64,000 nt of DNA from Candidatus Levyibacteriota bacterium. GTDB lineage: Bacteria; Patescibacteriota; Microgenomatia; Levybacterales; UBA12049. Where the stretch lies: positions 105,866 through 169,865 of the forward strand of contig DAIDHK010000002.1 in the NCBI GenBank assembly GCA_027459725.1. Reading direction: 5' to 3'. Both the position numbers and the translations under genes were made by a program. This document shows, one piece after another, positions 30,021-39,994 of the stretch; position 1 is the stretch's first letter, and each line of letters begins with the position of its first letter. The notes under the pieces were generated by a model. The model worked only from the letters and a program-made list of their open reading frames with translations, had not been told where the DNA came from and did no database searches.

Positions 30021-31553
30021 TCAGATCTTTCTAGTTTGAACAATGATATGACCCGGAAGGGAAACTTGTTTGATAAGCTTTCCTCGTTTTTCATGAAGAG
30101 AAAGCCATGCCTGCCTTAGTGTAGGATGCGTATTATCTGGTTCTATTATATAAAACAGCAGATGACCATTATTACTGGGTTCATAATATCGTTTCCCATA
30201 AAAAGCGAACAAGTACTCATAAGTATAAGGATGTATAGGCGGTGTATAGACATCATAGTTAAATGGTCTACCAGATGCCTGAGAATAAATATACTTAATT
30301 ACTCCAGCCTGATTGTTATAGATAGAAGGATTGTTGATAAAAAAATCGGTTTTAATAGGCCTATATGAAATTAATACTCCCAGAATATACAATATTACTA
30401 AAACTATAAACAGCTTTGTATAATTATTGCTTTTTTTTCTCAGATAACAGAAAAATTTGTATATGAACAGTAATAATACAATCTCATATACGACTGGAAC
30501 TCCTACCACAAAGTGATCCCATACATTACCCTTAAAAAATGACAGAATTATAATATAAGAGAAAAGATAAGAAAGACTAAATACAATTAGCAGGTTTTCC
30601 ACACTATTAAATTTTGTTTTAGCTTTTAAATAAACTAAACCTAAAATAATAATTATCAAAATAGTAACTGCCAAAATAAACGGCATATTAACTGTTGCTT
30701 GCCATAATTGCAACATTAGACTTACTACTTTCACAAACTGTTCCGAAATTCCCCCCGATTGACTAACAGGAGCATGATGAAAAATATAATTAAACAATGC
30801 TCTAGTCATAAGGTAGTGATGTCTAATCTCAAAAAGAATTCGAGGCAATTCTATAAGCAATAGCCCTAGAATGAAAGCAGTAACATGATGAAAATTAATT
30901 TTGTTTCTTAGATAAATTAGCATAAATATAACGATTGATATAAACTGAATTGAACCATAAACTATCTCTAGTGAGTCAAAACTAAGCGCGCTCAAGATCC
31001 CGATCAGAAACATCCAAGCTGTCTTTTTAAGAGAAGATTTCTCTTCATTAAACTTTATGATCGATACAAGAATAAGTGTCAAAATTAAAGGAGCAATATT
31101 AGGATTCCATATCTGTGAAGAAGTATCTATTAAAGAGCCTGCAATACCAAAGAAAATCATAAATAGAAGTCCAGCCCATTTACCTCCTATTTTTGTACCA
31201 AGCCAGTATGCAAGCAGAACAGTGGCAATTCCAGTTAATCCCATAACAGCATCTATTCCTTTCACACTTCCTGAAAATACTATGAAAAATGGAGTAAGCA
31301 GCCAATACCACCATGGACCATAAAAAATACCCTCCTGTCCGGTTGTTGGACCAATCAGACTAATATGATGTCCATCTACAATTTGAACAATATTAAGCAT
31401 ATCCCTGCCGATATCATAAGTGTAAGCAAAAGTACCGAAAAAAGAACTTTGCAATCTTAAGAACGAGGTGACCAACAAAATTACTATAAATAACACCCAA
31501 TATGTTTTTGTAGACTTAATGAGTGGCATACATAGGTTTAATAAAATTATCAT
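30021..31553 (-). CDS. Polytopic membrane protein, family A paralog
   Basis: 510 aa. N-terminal loop YDIGRDMLNIVQ...IGPTTGQEGIFYGPWWYW. Its N-terminus overlaps the 3' end of 31516..33258. Confidence 0.6.
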   Translation of the reverse strand: MIILLNLCMPLIKSTKTYWVLFIVILLVTSFLRLQSSFFGTFAYTYDIGRDMLNIVQIVDGHHISLIGPTTGQEGIFYGPWWYWLLTPFFIVFSGSVKGIDAVMGLTGIATVLLAYWLGTKIGGKWAGLLFMIFFGIAGSLIDTSSQIWNPNIAPLILTLILVSIIKFNEEKSSLKKTAWMFLIGILSALSFDSLEIVYGSIQFISIVIFMLIYLRNKINFHHVTAFILGLLLIELPRILFEIRHHYLMTRALFNYIFHHAPVSQSGGISEQFVKVVSLMLQLWQATVNMPFILAVTILIIIILGLVYLKAKTKFNSVENLLIVFSLSYLFSYIIILSFFKGNVWDHFVVGVPVVYEIVLLLFIYKFFCYLRKKSNNYTKLFIVLVILYILGVLISYRPIKTDFFINNPSIYNNQAGVIKYIYSQASGRPFNYDVYTPPIHPYTYEYLFAFYGKRYYEPSNNGHLLFYIIEPDNTHPTLRQAWLSLHEKRGKLIKQVSLPGHIIVQTRKI

Positions 31554-33258
31554 TAAGCAGTGTGGTAATCACACTGTTTACATCATCTTTGTTAATAAAC
31601 ATATCTATATCAAGACTATATTTACTATTCTGTATTGTGGAGGTATATCTGATATTACCCTGTTGATATTGGCTCAAGGTTATATAATTAGAGTTAAGAA
31701 AATTCATAAAATAAGAACCATATTTAGTTGGGTCAGAGCCTAATATAAAATAACCCCTCTGGAAAAATATCACTTTAGGTTTATGAGCAGATATCTCAGA
31801 GATAAAACTATTTTGTATTCTTTGCGACTTACCCATTCCAGGTATTAAAATATGATATTTAGAAGCCAGTTTGCCAGTAGCATAGTAATAATCTTGAAAA
31901 TCAAGCGGCCCCATCCAAATATAATCATTTGGCCCTGAAACGGCGTTGTTTATATTGACTGCAGGATCATAAGTATCATAGATTCTTGGTGCAGTACCCA
32001 TATACTTTCCATATGCTTTACCTAAAAATCTATCTGTCAGCATAGCAATACTAAAAAAACTATAGATTAAACATAAGCTAAGAAGACCTGAAAGTATTAT
32101 CTTTTTACCTAATGCAATTTGAAGATGAAGCTCATTATATAAAGCAGAAAGGACATATACCAGAGAAATTAAAGACATGAAAATATATACGCTTGATTGA
32201 TAATCAGTTTCTCCAGAATTAAGGGGATTAGACCTTGCATTGGAATAAATCATAAAAATTATGATAAAGACAAACAAAGAATAATTTCTTCTAAAAAAGA
32301 CATAAACCAATAATGATAGATCTACTACTGCCAATGTTATGTTTAATGGGAATGGAAAATTAAAATTCTTTACTTGCACTAACAATGTATAGAAATTACT
32401 GTAAAAATTGTATGCCATTACTATGGCAAAACGAATAGGATTAATATGACCATTATGAAGATTAGGATAATTGTATATATAATACTTTTCATTAAATATG
32501 ATTGATTGATAAATATAATCTGACAAACTTCCTGTCAAAAGCAAATAAATCATAAAGACTACATAAGGAATGGCAAGGATTATGAATAAATTCACTATTT
32601 TTTTTAAATTTAAGTTGTTACGATAATCCTGAAAATAAGCCAAAAGTAAAAAAAAGTAGATAAAGGCACAAAGATAAATGTCTGTCAGTGTATTTAAAAC
32701 TGTTAATGCATTAAAAATTGAAATAATCCAAATATCTCTAAAATTTATTTTTTCTTTATAAATATATTTGAGTAGAAAAAAAACGAAAATTGCTCCCATT
32801 AAATATCCACTTAAGCTGTCTGCAATTAGCATGTGAGCCCAAAAATATGTTGCAGCAATCCCTATTAACAAAGAAAAATACAAATAAAACTTTGTAGCAA
32901 TCACACCAAAACGCGATTTCAAATATAAATACCATAAAAAAATGAATAAACTCAAGAAAATTCCATAAACAACTCTGAATCTGACAAAAGAATGGCCACT
33001 AAAGATTTGCACAAAGGCAGAAACAAAATAAGCAACAGGGCCATGATGACTAAAAAAACCACTAAAAGGCAGAACCCCATGAAGGATATACCAACCTCCT
33101 AAGAGATTATCGAATTCATCAGGATATGTTTCGTGAAAGGCGTTGATATAAAAAAGTATTAAAGTAATCGCAAAAATTACCCACTCGAAACCTGATATTC
33201 TTATACTTTTTAATCTTATTAGAATCTTATTGTTTCCAACTTTTGTAAATAAATTCAT
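31516..33258 (-). CDS. Polytopic membrane protein (GT-C-like, family unassigned)
   Basis: 580 aa. N-terminal TM region with a PDEFDN loop, then a C-terminal hydrophilic domain of ~180 aa. Confidence 0.5.
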   Translation of the reverse strand: MNLFTKVGNNKILIRLKSIRISGFEWVIFAITLILFYINAFHETYPDEFDNLLGGWYILHGVLPFSGFFSHHGPVAYFVSAFVQIFSGHSFVRFRVVYGIFLSLFIFLWYLYLKSRFGVIATKFYLYFSLLIGIAATYFWAHMLIADSLSGYLMGAIFVFFLLKYIYKEKINFRDIWIISIFNALTVLNTLTDIYLCAFIYFFLLLAYFQDYRNNLNLKKIVNLFIILAIPYVVFMIYLLLTGSLSDYIYQSIIFNEKYYIYNYPNLHNGHINPIRFAIVMAYNFYSNFYTLLVQVKNFNFPFPLNITLAVVDLSLLVYVFFRRNYSLFVFIIIFMIYSNARSNPLNSGETDYQSSVYIFMSLISLVYVLSALYNELHLQIALGKKIILSGLLSLCLIYSFFSIAMLTDRFLGKAYGKYMGTAPRIYDTYDPAVNINNAVSGPNDYIWMGPLDFQDYYYATGKLASKYHILIPGMGKSQRIQNSFISEISAHKPKVIFFQRGYFILGSDPTKYGSYFMNFLNSNYITLSQYQQGNIRYTSTIQNSKYSLDIDMFINKDDVNSVITTLLNDNFIKPMYATH

Positions 33259-33259
33259 A

Positions 33260-34936
33260 TTAACCCTTTATGACAAAAATTGCCGGTTGATTATTTAAAT
33301 AATCAATAGTTTTCAGTATATTATCTCCTTTTGTAATTTGATTTGCTCCTATTACGTATAGATATCCTTTAACCGGCTGTTTTAATTCTCTCACACTTAT
33401 CGGTCTAAATTCAAATTTTCCAAAAGCATGGTCCTGCGTATAATGTGAACCTAGTGTTTCAGAAATGTGTTGATACCTTGAGGGAGGATATTTGAGATAA
33501 AACAAAAAGAAAATATAGGACTGATCAAGAGGGACAGCATTTGATACGATAATCTTTTTATAATTATTCTGTTGAGATTGCAGATAAGGGACTAACTTTG
33601 CGTATCCATACTGCCAATCCTGGGAATTGTAATAATTATATTGTACAAAATAGTTATCTAAATAAAATGCCACATTAAACATTAAGACTAAAATAAAAAC
33701 AGCTAGAGCAAATAAGCTTATTTTTTGTCCATACTTATTTTTAATAAATTCAAATGAGGTTAATAAACCCAGAGAAATAAAGATCTGAAAAGTTGGTAAA
33801 AAATTAAGAGTTCTGACTGCATGAGGAACCTCTATAGTTACGCTTGCAGGAACGGGAGAGAGCAAAAACCATCCGAAAATAAGCCATTTTGAACGTCTAT
33901 CTACGTTCAAATAAAATAACGAATAAATACCGATAAGCAGGAATACGAAATCAGATAGATATATTAGCCCCATCTGTGGGGCATGATGCCTGGGAGCAGT
34001 ATTATCCGGCATTAGCAGCCAATTGGGATTGAAATGCATCAGGTAATTCGAAAGAATTTGTTCCGTAAGTATAACTTTTCGGTTATCTAATAATAAGCCT
34101 AATACATCATGATTTTGTTTATCCTGCAAATTTTCCATTGGAGTCATACCAAGGAGCCAAGTAACAGGTTTAGCATAAGGATTGTAAGTGGCAAAAATAT
34201 CAGTTGCAGTCAGTCTTTCTAGAGATTTTGAGTTTGAGATAGTAAATATCACCATTGGAGCAGAAAAAATAATACCGGTAACGATCAGTGCTAAAAGAAT
34301 TTTCCGGGATTTTAGTAAGATTTGTTTGTTAAAAATAATAACCAGTAACAGAAATATAAGAGGAGAAAAGACTTTTTCACTCTGATAGATATATAGATTT
34401 AATGCTGCACAAATCACAGACAGATATAAAAACCATGTTTTTTTTAAACCTTTTAAAAAGAATAGTACCGTTAATACAACAAATGTGTCACCTAACGCTG
34501 CTTCAAAAGCTACCCGGCTGAATTGCAAACTCCAAGGAGATATTGCAAGAAAAAAACTGGATAACAAAGCTAATTTTTTTCTTTTGAATAATTCGTCAAC
34601 TAAAAAGTAAGTTGCAATAACCGCCACTACACCCATTATTGCACCTGGCAAACGTACGGCAAAAACACTTAAACCAAACATAGCAATACTTGGAATTGCA
34701 AGATATGAATATAAAGCTGGTTTATAATCACCAAAGGATTCAATTACTGGAGGTAAGAACTTTCCATATTCATCATGACCAGTCATTAGTATCGAATAAG
34801 CATTATAACCAAGAGATGCTTCATCCCAATCTGGAGAGATAGGAACATTACCCAGCTGATAAAAACGTAATAGTATTGCAATTAGAACAATAAATGAAAT
34901 CAAGTAATAATGATAATATTTTTTAAAATGTTTCAT
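33260..34936 (-). CDS. GT39-family (ArnT/PMT-like) polyprenyl-P-sugar-dependent glycosyltransferase
   Basis: PDWDEASLGYNAYSILMTGHDEYGKFLP loop-1 signature. ~11 TM plus a C-terminal periplasmic domain. Confidence 0.8.
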   Translation of the reverse strand: MKHFKKYYHYYLISFIVLIAILLRFYQLGNVPISPDWDEASLGYNAYSILMTGHDEYGKFLPPVIESFGDYKPALYSYLAIPSIAMFGLSVFAVRLPGAIMGVVAVIATYFLVDELFKRKKLALLSSFFLAISPWSLQFSRVAFEAALGDTFVVLTVLFFLKGLKKTWFLYLSVICAALNLYIYQSEKVFSPLIFLLLVIIFNKQILLKSRKILLALIVTGIIFSAPMVIFTISNSKSLERLTATDIFATYNPYAKPVTWLLGMTPMENLQDKQNHDVLGLLLDNRKVILTEQILSNYLMHFNPNWLLMPDNTAPRHHAPQMGLIYLSDFVFLLIGIYSLFYLNVDRRSKWLIFGWFLLSPVPASVTIEVPHAVRTLNFLPTFQIFISLGLLTSFEFIKNKYGQKISLFALAVFILVLMFNVAFYLDNYFVQYNYYNSQDWQYGYAKLVPYLQSQQNNYKKIIVSNAVPLDQSYIFFLFYLKYPPSRYQHISETLGSHYTQDHAFGKFEFRPISVRELKQPVKGYLYVIGANQITKGDNILKTIDYLNNQPAIFVIKG

Positions 34937-34937
34937 A

Positions 34938-36584
34938 CTAATCAGTATATGCCACTAAAGCCACACTACCGTCTAAATTATCAAATTTTTTCTGAACTTT
35001 TGCATTAGTAGGTACCTTGTCTGGTACATCAATGTATAGTACTTTTTTATTTTTATTAGGCATAGACTGTAAATTACTACCAAAATAATACTTGCCAAAA
35101 CTCTCTATAGTCACAAAGCCAAAGGCATCTCTGTGAATGACTGCCTCTTTACGATAAAGAGAAGGTGGTGTCTGCATATAGAAAAGATAATAAATATACG
35201 GCCTACCTAAAGAGTTTGTCATATCAATTTGGTTATAGCTACTCTGTACAGAACTAACATACGCCACCGTTTGTTCATATCCATATTGCCACTCCTGAGA
35301 ATATTCATAGGGGTAATGGGTAATATAACTGTGAATAAACTTAGTCATCTCAAAAAGCATTAATAATCCAAGCAAAAACAGAATGGTTTTACCACTGATA
35401 TATTTTGCAAATTTTTTATCTCTAATAAAAAGGATAAACTCTACCAGTCCATAAGCAATAATAATTTGATATGTCGGCAAGATGACTTCCGTCCTCAGAG
35501 CATGAGGGGTTTCACGAGCTGTAGAAGCTGGTATCAAACCTATTAAAATCCAGATAGGTATTATCCACCAATAATCTTTTTTTTGTCTAAATAACAAGAT
35601 CAAACCCAGTATGAGGAAAGGAATACACCAGATAAAAAGCTCTCCTGTCGTCTGGATAGAAAATTTGGGATTATAATCACCTTTAAAGAAAAGATAAGAG
35701 GGATTAAATTCATCAAGATAATGTTGTATGAATGCTTGAGTGTAAAATACTCTTCTGTTATGAATTATTTTACTCCACCAGGCGTTATGATCATTGGCTA
35801 TTTCCTGATTGCTGGTTTGAACCAGGCTGGGATCACTAAAAATATTAACCTCGTCAAATCTTATTTTTGCTTGAGGAGAAAGTAAAAAGGGCACAACAGG
35901 AGCAAGTAAAATAATACCTAATAATATCGCTAAAATCATTTGCTTTTTTCTGGTAAAAAATTTCTTCCATAAAAATAAAGCCAAAACAATAATAAAAATC
36001 GGCAAAAAAACACGCGGAGAGTTAAAAGTATAAAATGGAACTACTAAAAGTACTGCCGCTAATAAAAGCAACCACTTTCGTTCCTGCAATCCCGCCAGAA
36101 GAGCCCACATCCCGGATATTATGAAGAAAGTGGCCACATTCGCTTCAAAGGCTGCCCTTGAAAGCATAATATTCCAGGGAGAAATTGCTAAAACAAAACT
36201 TGAAAAGATGGCATACAAATATTTTTTCTTGCTGTTAGGAAATAAACGCAGGACTAGAAAATAAGTAAAAAACACCGAACCAATGCCTGCCAGAGCGGAA
36301 GGCAAACGGGTAGAAAACCTATCTAGTCCTAACACCTTGACTGGCAAAACATCCAAATATGCATAAACTGGTGGTTTGTAATCCCCAAAGGATTCAAGAT
36401 ATGTCACTGGCAAGAATTTACCAAACTCATCTTTCCCATCAATCCCGATGGTATATGCATTGTATCCCCAAGCTGCCTCATCCCAAGTCAGTTCAGGTGG
36501 ATTATTCCCTAATCCAATTATACGCAGTAGTGCTGCCACTACTGTAATAATTATTAGAATAATAATGTATCTATTTATCTTCAT
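34938..36584 (-). CDS. GT39-family glycosyltransferase (tandem paralog)
   Basis: LTWDEAAWGYNAYTIGIDGKDEFGKFLP. Confidence 0.8.
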   Translation of the reverse strand: MKINRYIIILIIITVVAALLRIIGLGNNPPELTWDEAAWGYNAYTIGIDGKDEFGKFLPVTYLESFGDYKPPVYAYLDVLPVKVLGLDRFSTRLPSALAGIGSVFFTYFLVLRLFPNSKKKYLYAIFSSFVLAISPWNIMLSRAAFEANVATFFIISGMWALLAGLQERKWLLLLAAVLLVVPFYTFNSPRVFLPIFIIVLALFLWKKFFTRKKQMILAILLGIILLAPVVPFLLSPQAKIRFDEVNIFSDPSLVQTSNQEIANDHNAWWSKIIHNRRVFYTQAFIQHYLDEFNPSYLFFKGDYNPKFSIQTTGELFIWCIPFLILGLILLFRQKKDYWWIIPIWILIGLIPASTARETPHALRTEVILPTYQIIIAYGLVEFILFIRDKKFAKYISGKTILFLLGLLMLFEMTKFIHSYITHYPYEYSQEWQYGYEQTVAYVSSVQSSYNQIDMTNSLGRPYIYYLFYMQTPPSLYRKEAVIHRDAFGFVTIESFGKYYFGSNLQSMPNKNKKVLYIDVPDKVPTNAKVQKKFDNLDGSVALVAYTD

Positions 36585-38299
36585 TGAGTATCACCAACTA
36601 TAAATACAACTTGTCCATCATGATTATATATGGTTTTCAAATAATGAAGTTGGTTTTTATCAGATGCATATTCCGCAGGAGAAAGAGCAACTAGAATATG
36701 TTTGGCACCCGCAAATTTTTGTAAATTTACGTTATCTAACTCGCTTCTTCCCTGATCTTTATCCCATTGTGTACCTCCAAATACATACTTTCCAAAGGCT
36801 GTTTTATTACCATACTTTTGATACAGTGAAGGACTATACTTTTTGTAAAACAAAAAATATATATAAGGCTGCCAATAATGTCCACTTACTATCAATTTTT
36901 GATATTTATATTCTTTAGGTATCATATATTGAGTCAACTGTTTGTAGCCATCGGCCCAGTCAGGAGCTGTGGTTTTTGCCGTCAAAACATAGTATAGATA
37001 TAGATAGTTGATAAAGAATCCGATCACAATTACTACCATAGTTATAGCGAAAACTTTTTTAAATACAGCTCGTGTGATAAGTTCATAGGTTAGGTACAAA
37101 CCTATTCCAGTTAAGATCTGAGGTAATGGAAGTATATTTAAATCTCGCAAAGCATGTGGATTAGGCGTAGAGACAGCAGCAGGTATGGGTGAGGTTAACA
37201 ACCAAAGGAAAAAAAGATATTTAAATTTTCCTTTAATTTTAAATAGTATAAAAAACAAACCAATAAAGATAAACGGGATTTCCCATAGATACAATAAGCC
37301 CATACCTCGAGGACTATGCCTACCATTGGGATCACCAGAAACAAAATAAAATTGTGGACTAAAATTAGATATATAATTCGTAAAAATCGCTTCAGGGATA
37401 ACCAGTCTTTGGTTATAGATTATTTTGTTAATTATGCCACCCCGTGCACGCAAATTTGCATCTTGTATCTGCTGTTGAGTTGAATTATTAAATACGTCCA
37501 CCTGAGCTGCTCTTGTCATTCCTTGTTTTGAGAGCATCACGGGCACAAAAGGAGCTAAAACAGCTAAAAAGATTGTTATCCCAATTATTGTTATAAAAAG
37601 TTGTTTTCTATATGTTAATTCTTTATAGAATATAATAAACATTCCTAAAAGAAGCAACGGTACAAAAACCCAAATACTACGATAAAAATAAAAATTGATA
37701 CTGAATAGGAAGATAGAGAGGAAAAAATTCCAAATTCTTTTAAGTCTAAAATACCTAAGGAATAACCAAACAGCTGCCACATTAAACACGACCGCGACAT
37801 TTGCTTCGAAACCAGCACGCGAGAACTGAATGTGCCAGGGTGAGATTGCTAACATAAAAGAACTTAAAATCCCTACCATATCACGATTTATTTTGATTTT
37901 CTTCTTAAATAATTCAAAATCATCCGAATTATTCAAATTTAATAGTTCTTTGACTAGATAAAAGGTAAGCATTACAGTAATAGTTCCTGCGAGGGCAGAA
38001 GTAAAGCGAGCTGAAAATTCATTAAGACCAAATATTGATACCGCTATAGCAGTTAGATAAATATTTCCGGAAGCTTTATAGTCATCAAATGATCTAAACA
38101 ACAGTGGAAACGGAGTACCATACTCATCTTTTCCTGTAAGAGCAATAGAGTAAGCATTATACGTAGAAGCAGCTTCGTCCCAATAGAGAGAGACGGGAAC
38201 TTTGCTGATATTGTAGAAGCGTAAAAAGGCTGCCAGTAGAACAATTAAACCTAAACTGAAAAATACTATCTGTTTTTTATTTTTTATAAATATAGTCAT
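36581..38299 (-). CDS. GT39-family glycosyltransferase (tandem paralog)
   Basis: LYWDEAASTYNAYSIALTGKDEYGTPFP. Confidence 0.8.
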   Translation of the reverse strand: MTIFIKNKKQIVFFSLGLIVLLAAFLRFYNISKVPVSLYWDEAASTYNAYSIALTGKDEYGTPFPLLFRSFDDYKASGNIYLTAIAVSIFGLNEFSARFTSALAGTITVMLTFYLVKELLNLNNSDDFELFKKKIKINRDMVGILSSFMLAISPWHIQFSRAGFEANVAVVFNVAAVWLFLRYFRLKRIWNFFLSIFLFSINFYFYRSIWVFVPLLLLGMFIIFYKELTYRKQLFITIIGITIFLAVLAPFVPVMLSKQGMTRAAQVDVFNNSTQQQIQDANLRARGGIINKIIYNQRLVIPEAIFTNYISNFSPQFYFVSGDPNGRHSPRGMGLLYLWEIPFIFIGLFFILFKIKGKFKYLFFLWLLTSPIPAAVSTPNPHALRDLNILPLPQILTGIGLYLTYELITRAVFKKVFAITMVVIVIGFFINYLYLYYVLTAKTTAPDWADGYKQLTQYMIPKEYKYQKLIVSGHYWQPYIYFLFYKKYSPSLYQKYGNKTAFGKYVFGGTQWDKDQGRSELDNVNLQKFAGAKHILVALSPAEYASDKNQLHYLKTIYNHDGQVVFIVGDTQ

Positions 38300-38322
38300 A
38301 TATTATGCATAACAGGAATTGT

Positions 38323-39033
38323 TCAATTTATAAATCTGTATTTCAAAAGCGTCCAGAGAGCTATGGGTCCTTCCTTCCATGCATGTAATTTTTTACCCTC
38401 ACTATAGTCTCGTGGTTTGGTGGTTATAGAAATTTCCTTAATTTTATATCCTAGCTTTAATAATTTAGCAGTTATTTCCGGTTCAAATGCAAAACCACGC
38501 GACTCTAATTTCATTTTTGATACTGCTGCTTTTGGGAATAACTTATAACAAGTTTCCATATCAGTTAACCACTGTCCATAGAGCATGCTTGTAAACAGAC
38601 TTAGAAATCTATTACCAAAATAATGTGAAAAGAAAAGAAGAGTACGTTCATCTTTACCAAAGTTAGGCATTCTGTTCAATCTGGTTCCATAAACTACACT
38701 ATCTTTACTATTATTAACTACTGATAATAGTTTTTTTATATCTTCAGGATTATATTCCGTATCAGCATCCTGGATTACAATATAATCACCAGTTGCGTGC
38801 TCTACTCCGGTTCTTATGGCAGCTCCTTTACCCATATTTCTCTCATGGAAATATATTTTCATGCCATTAACTTTTGCTTTTTTAATTTTTTCTTTTGAAG
38901 TATCCTTTGAACCATCATCCACAACGATTATCTCTTTTTCAAAATCATCAAGTTTCAGATCCTCTACCTTTTTAAGTACTTCAGAAATTGTTTTTTGTTC
39001 GTTATATACTGGGATAATAATTGATAATTTCAT
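38323..39033 (-). CDS. DPM1-like polyprenyl-phosphate sugar synthase (soluble GT2)
   Basis: LSIIIPVYNEQKTI, VVDDGSKDTS and IQDADTEYNP. It lies immediately upstream of the GT39 triplet. Confidence 0.75.
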   Translation of the reverse strand: MKLSIIIPVYNEQKTISEVLKKVEDLKLDDFEKEIIVVDDGSKDTSKEKIKKAKVNGMKIYFHERNMGKGAAIRTGVEHATGDYIVIQDADTEYNPEDIKKLLSVVNNSKDSVVYGTRLNRMPNFGKDERTLLFFSHYFGNRFLSLFTSMLYGQWLTDMETCYKLFPKAAVSKMKLESRGFAFEPEITAKLLKLGYKIKEISITTKPRDYSEGKKLHAWKEGPIALWTLLKYRFIN

Positions 39034-39980
39034 AGGAACTGCTGAAGTATTTGGGCATCTGTAAGTTTAAATTGTTTTTTTGCTTTAATTCGAGACTCCC
39101 TGGTCTCTGGATACCTAAGTATTGCCAATGTCAAACCCTGAAGAAATGTAACTTCTCCATGTAAAATAGAATTAATTATATGATATGGTAACCATAGTAG
39201 ATGGCTTAAGATTAAATTTGCATCAGTAACATTCTTCCAAAAAAAATGAAATTGATTACGATATGCTATTTTACTAACCGTATCTTTCTTAAACGAAGTT
39301 TTTATCGCTCCTTTTTCATGATGATGCTGGACTAAGCTTTTAGGCTCAAAAATAATTTTGTAACCAGACTTTACTGCTCGATATGATAAATCAATATCCT
39401 CCCAGTAAAATGGGTTATATAACTTATCCAAACCGTTTAACTTCACCCATATGTCTTTTCTAAAAGCTCCGCTCCCGCAACTTACCCAAAAAGTTCCCAT
39501 ACCTTTAAAAGCATCTTTAGATTCATGCATTATAAAGCCACGTTTAAAATATCCACGAGACCTACCATAGTTTCTCTCTATTCCCTCATCATCTGTAGTT
39601 TCTTCCAGGCATCCGACTGCAAAAACATTATCATCAGAAAAGTGCTTAAGAAGAGGATCTATAAAATCCTTGGCTGGAGAGACATCGGTATTTAAAAGTA
39701 CCAAGATATCTCCCGTGGCGTATGAGACAGCATTAGCTACGTTTGAAGAAAAACCCCTTTCAGAATTATTTTTAACAGCTATTAATTCGATATTATCTTC
39801 TAAAAATAAAGGCTTAAGTGATTGAAGATAATCAAGCGATCCATCATGAGAGTTGTCATCTGACACAATAATCTGTTTTTTAGAGTTTTTTACTTGATTT
39901 AAGGCCACAACAATTTTAGGTAAATTTTTCTCCAGTAAGGGTTTATTATTCAAAGCAGGTATTATTACTGATATATTCAT
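39030..39980 (-). CDS. GT2 glycosyltransferase
   Basis: ISVIIPALNNKPLL, VSDDNSHDGS and LLNTDV. Confidence 0.75.
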   Translation of the reverse strand: MNISVIIPALNNKPLLEKNLPKIVVALNQVKNSKKQIIVSDDNSHDGSLDYLQSLKPLFLEDNIELIAVKNNSERGFSSNVANAVSYATGDILVLLNTDVSPAKDFIDPLLKHFSDDNVFAVGCLEETTDDEGIERNYGRSRGYFKRGFIMHESKDAFKGMGTFWVSCGSGAFRKDIWVKLNGLDKLYNPFYWEDIDLSYRAVKSGYKIIFEPKSLVQHHHEKGAIKTSFKKDTVSKIAYRNQFHFFWKNVTDANLILSHLLWLPYHIINSILHGEVTFLQGLTLAILRYPETRESRIKAKKQFKLTDAQILQQFL

Positions 39981-39994
39981 ACTTTTAATTCACT

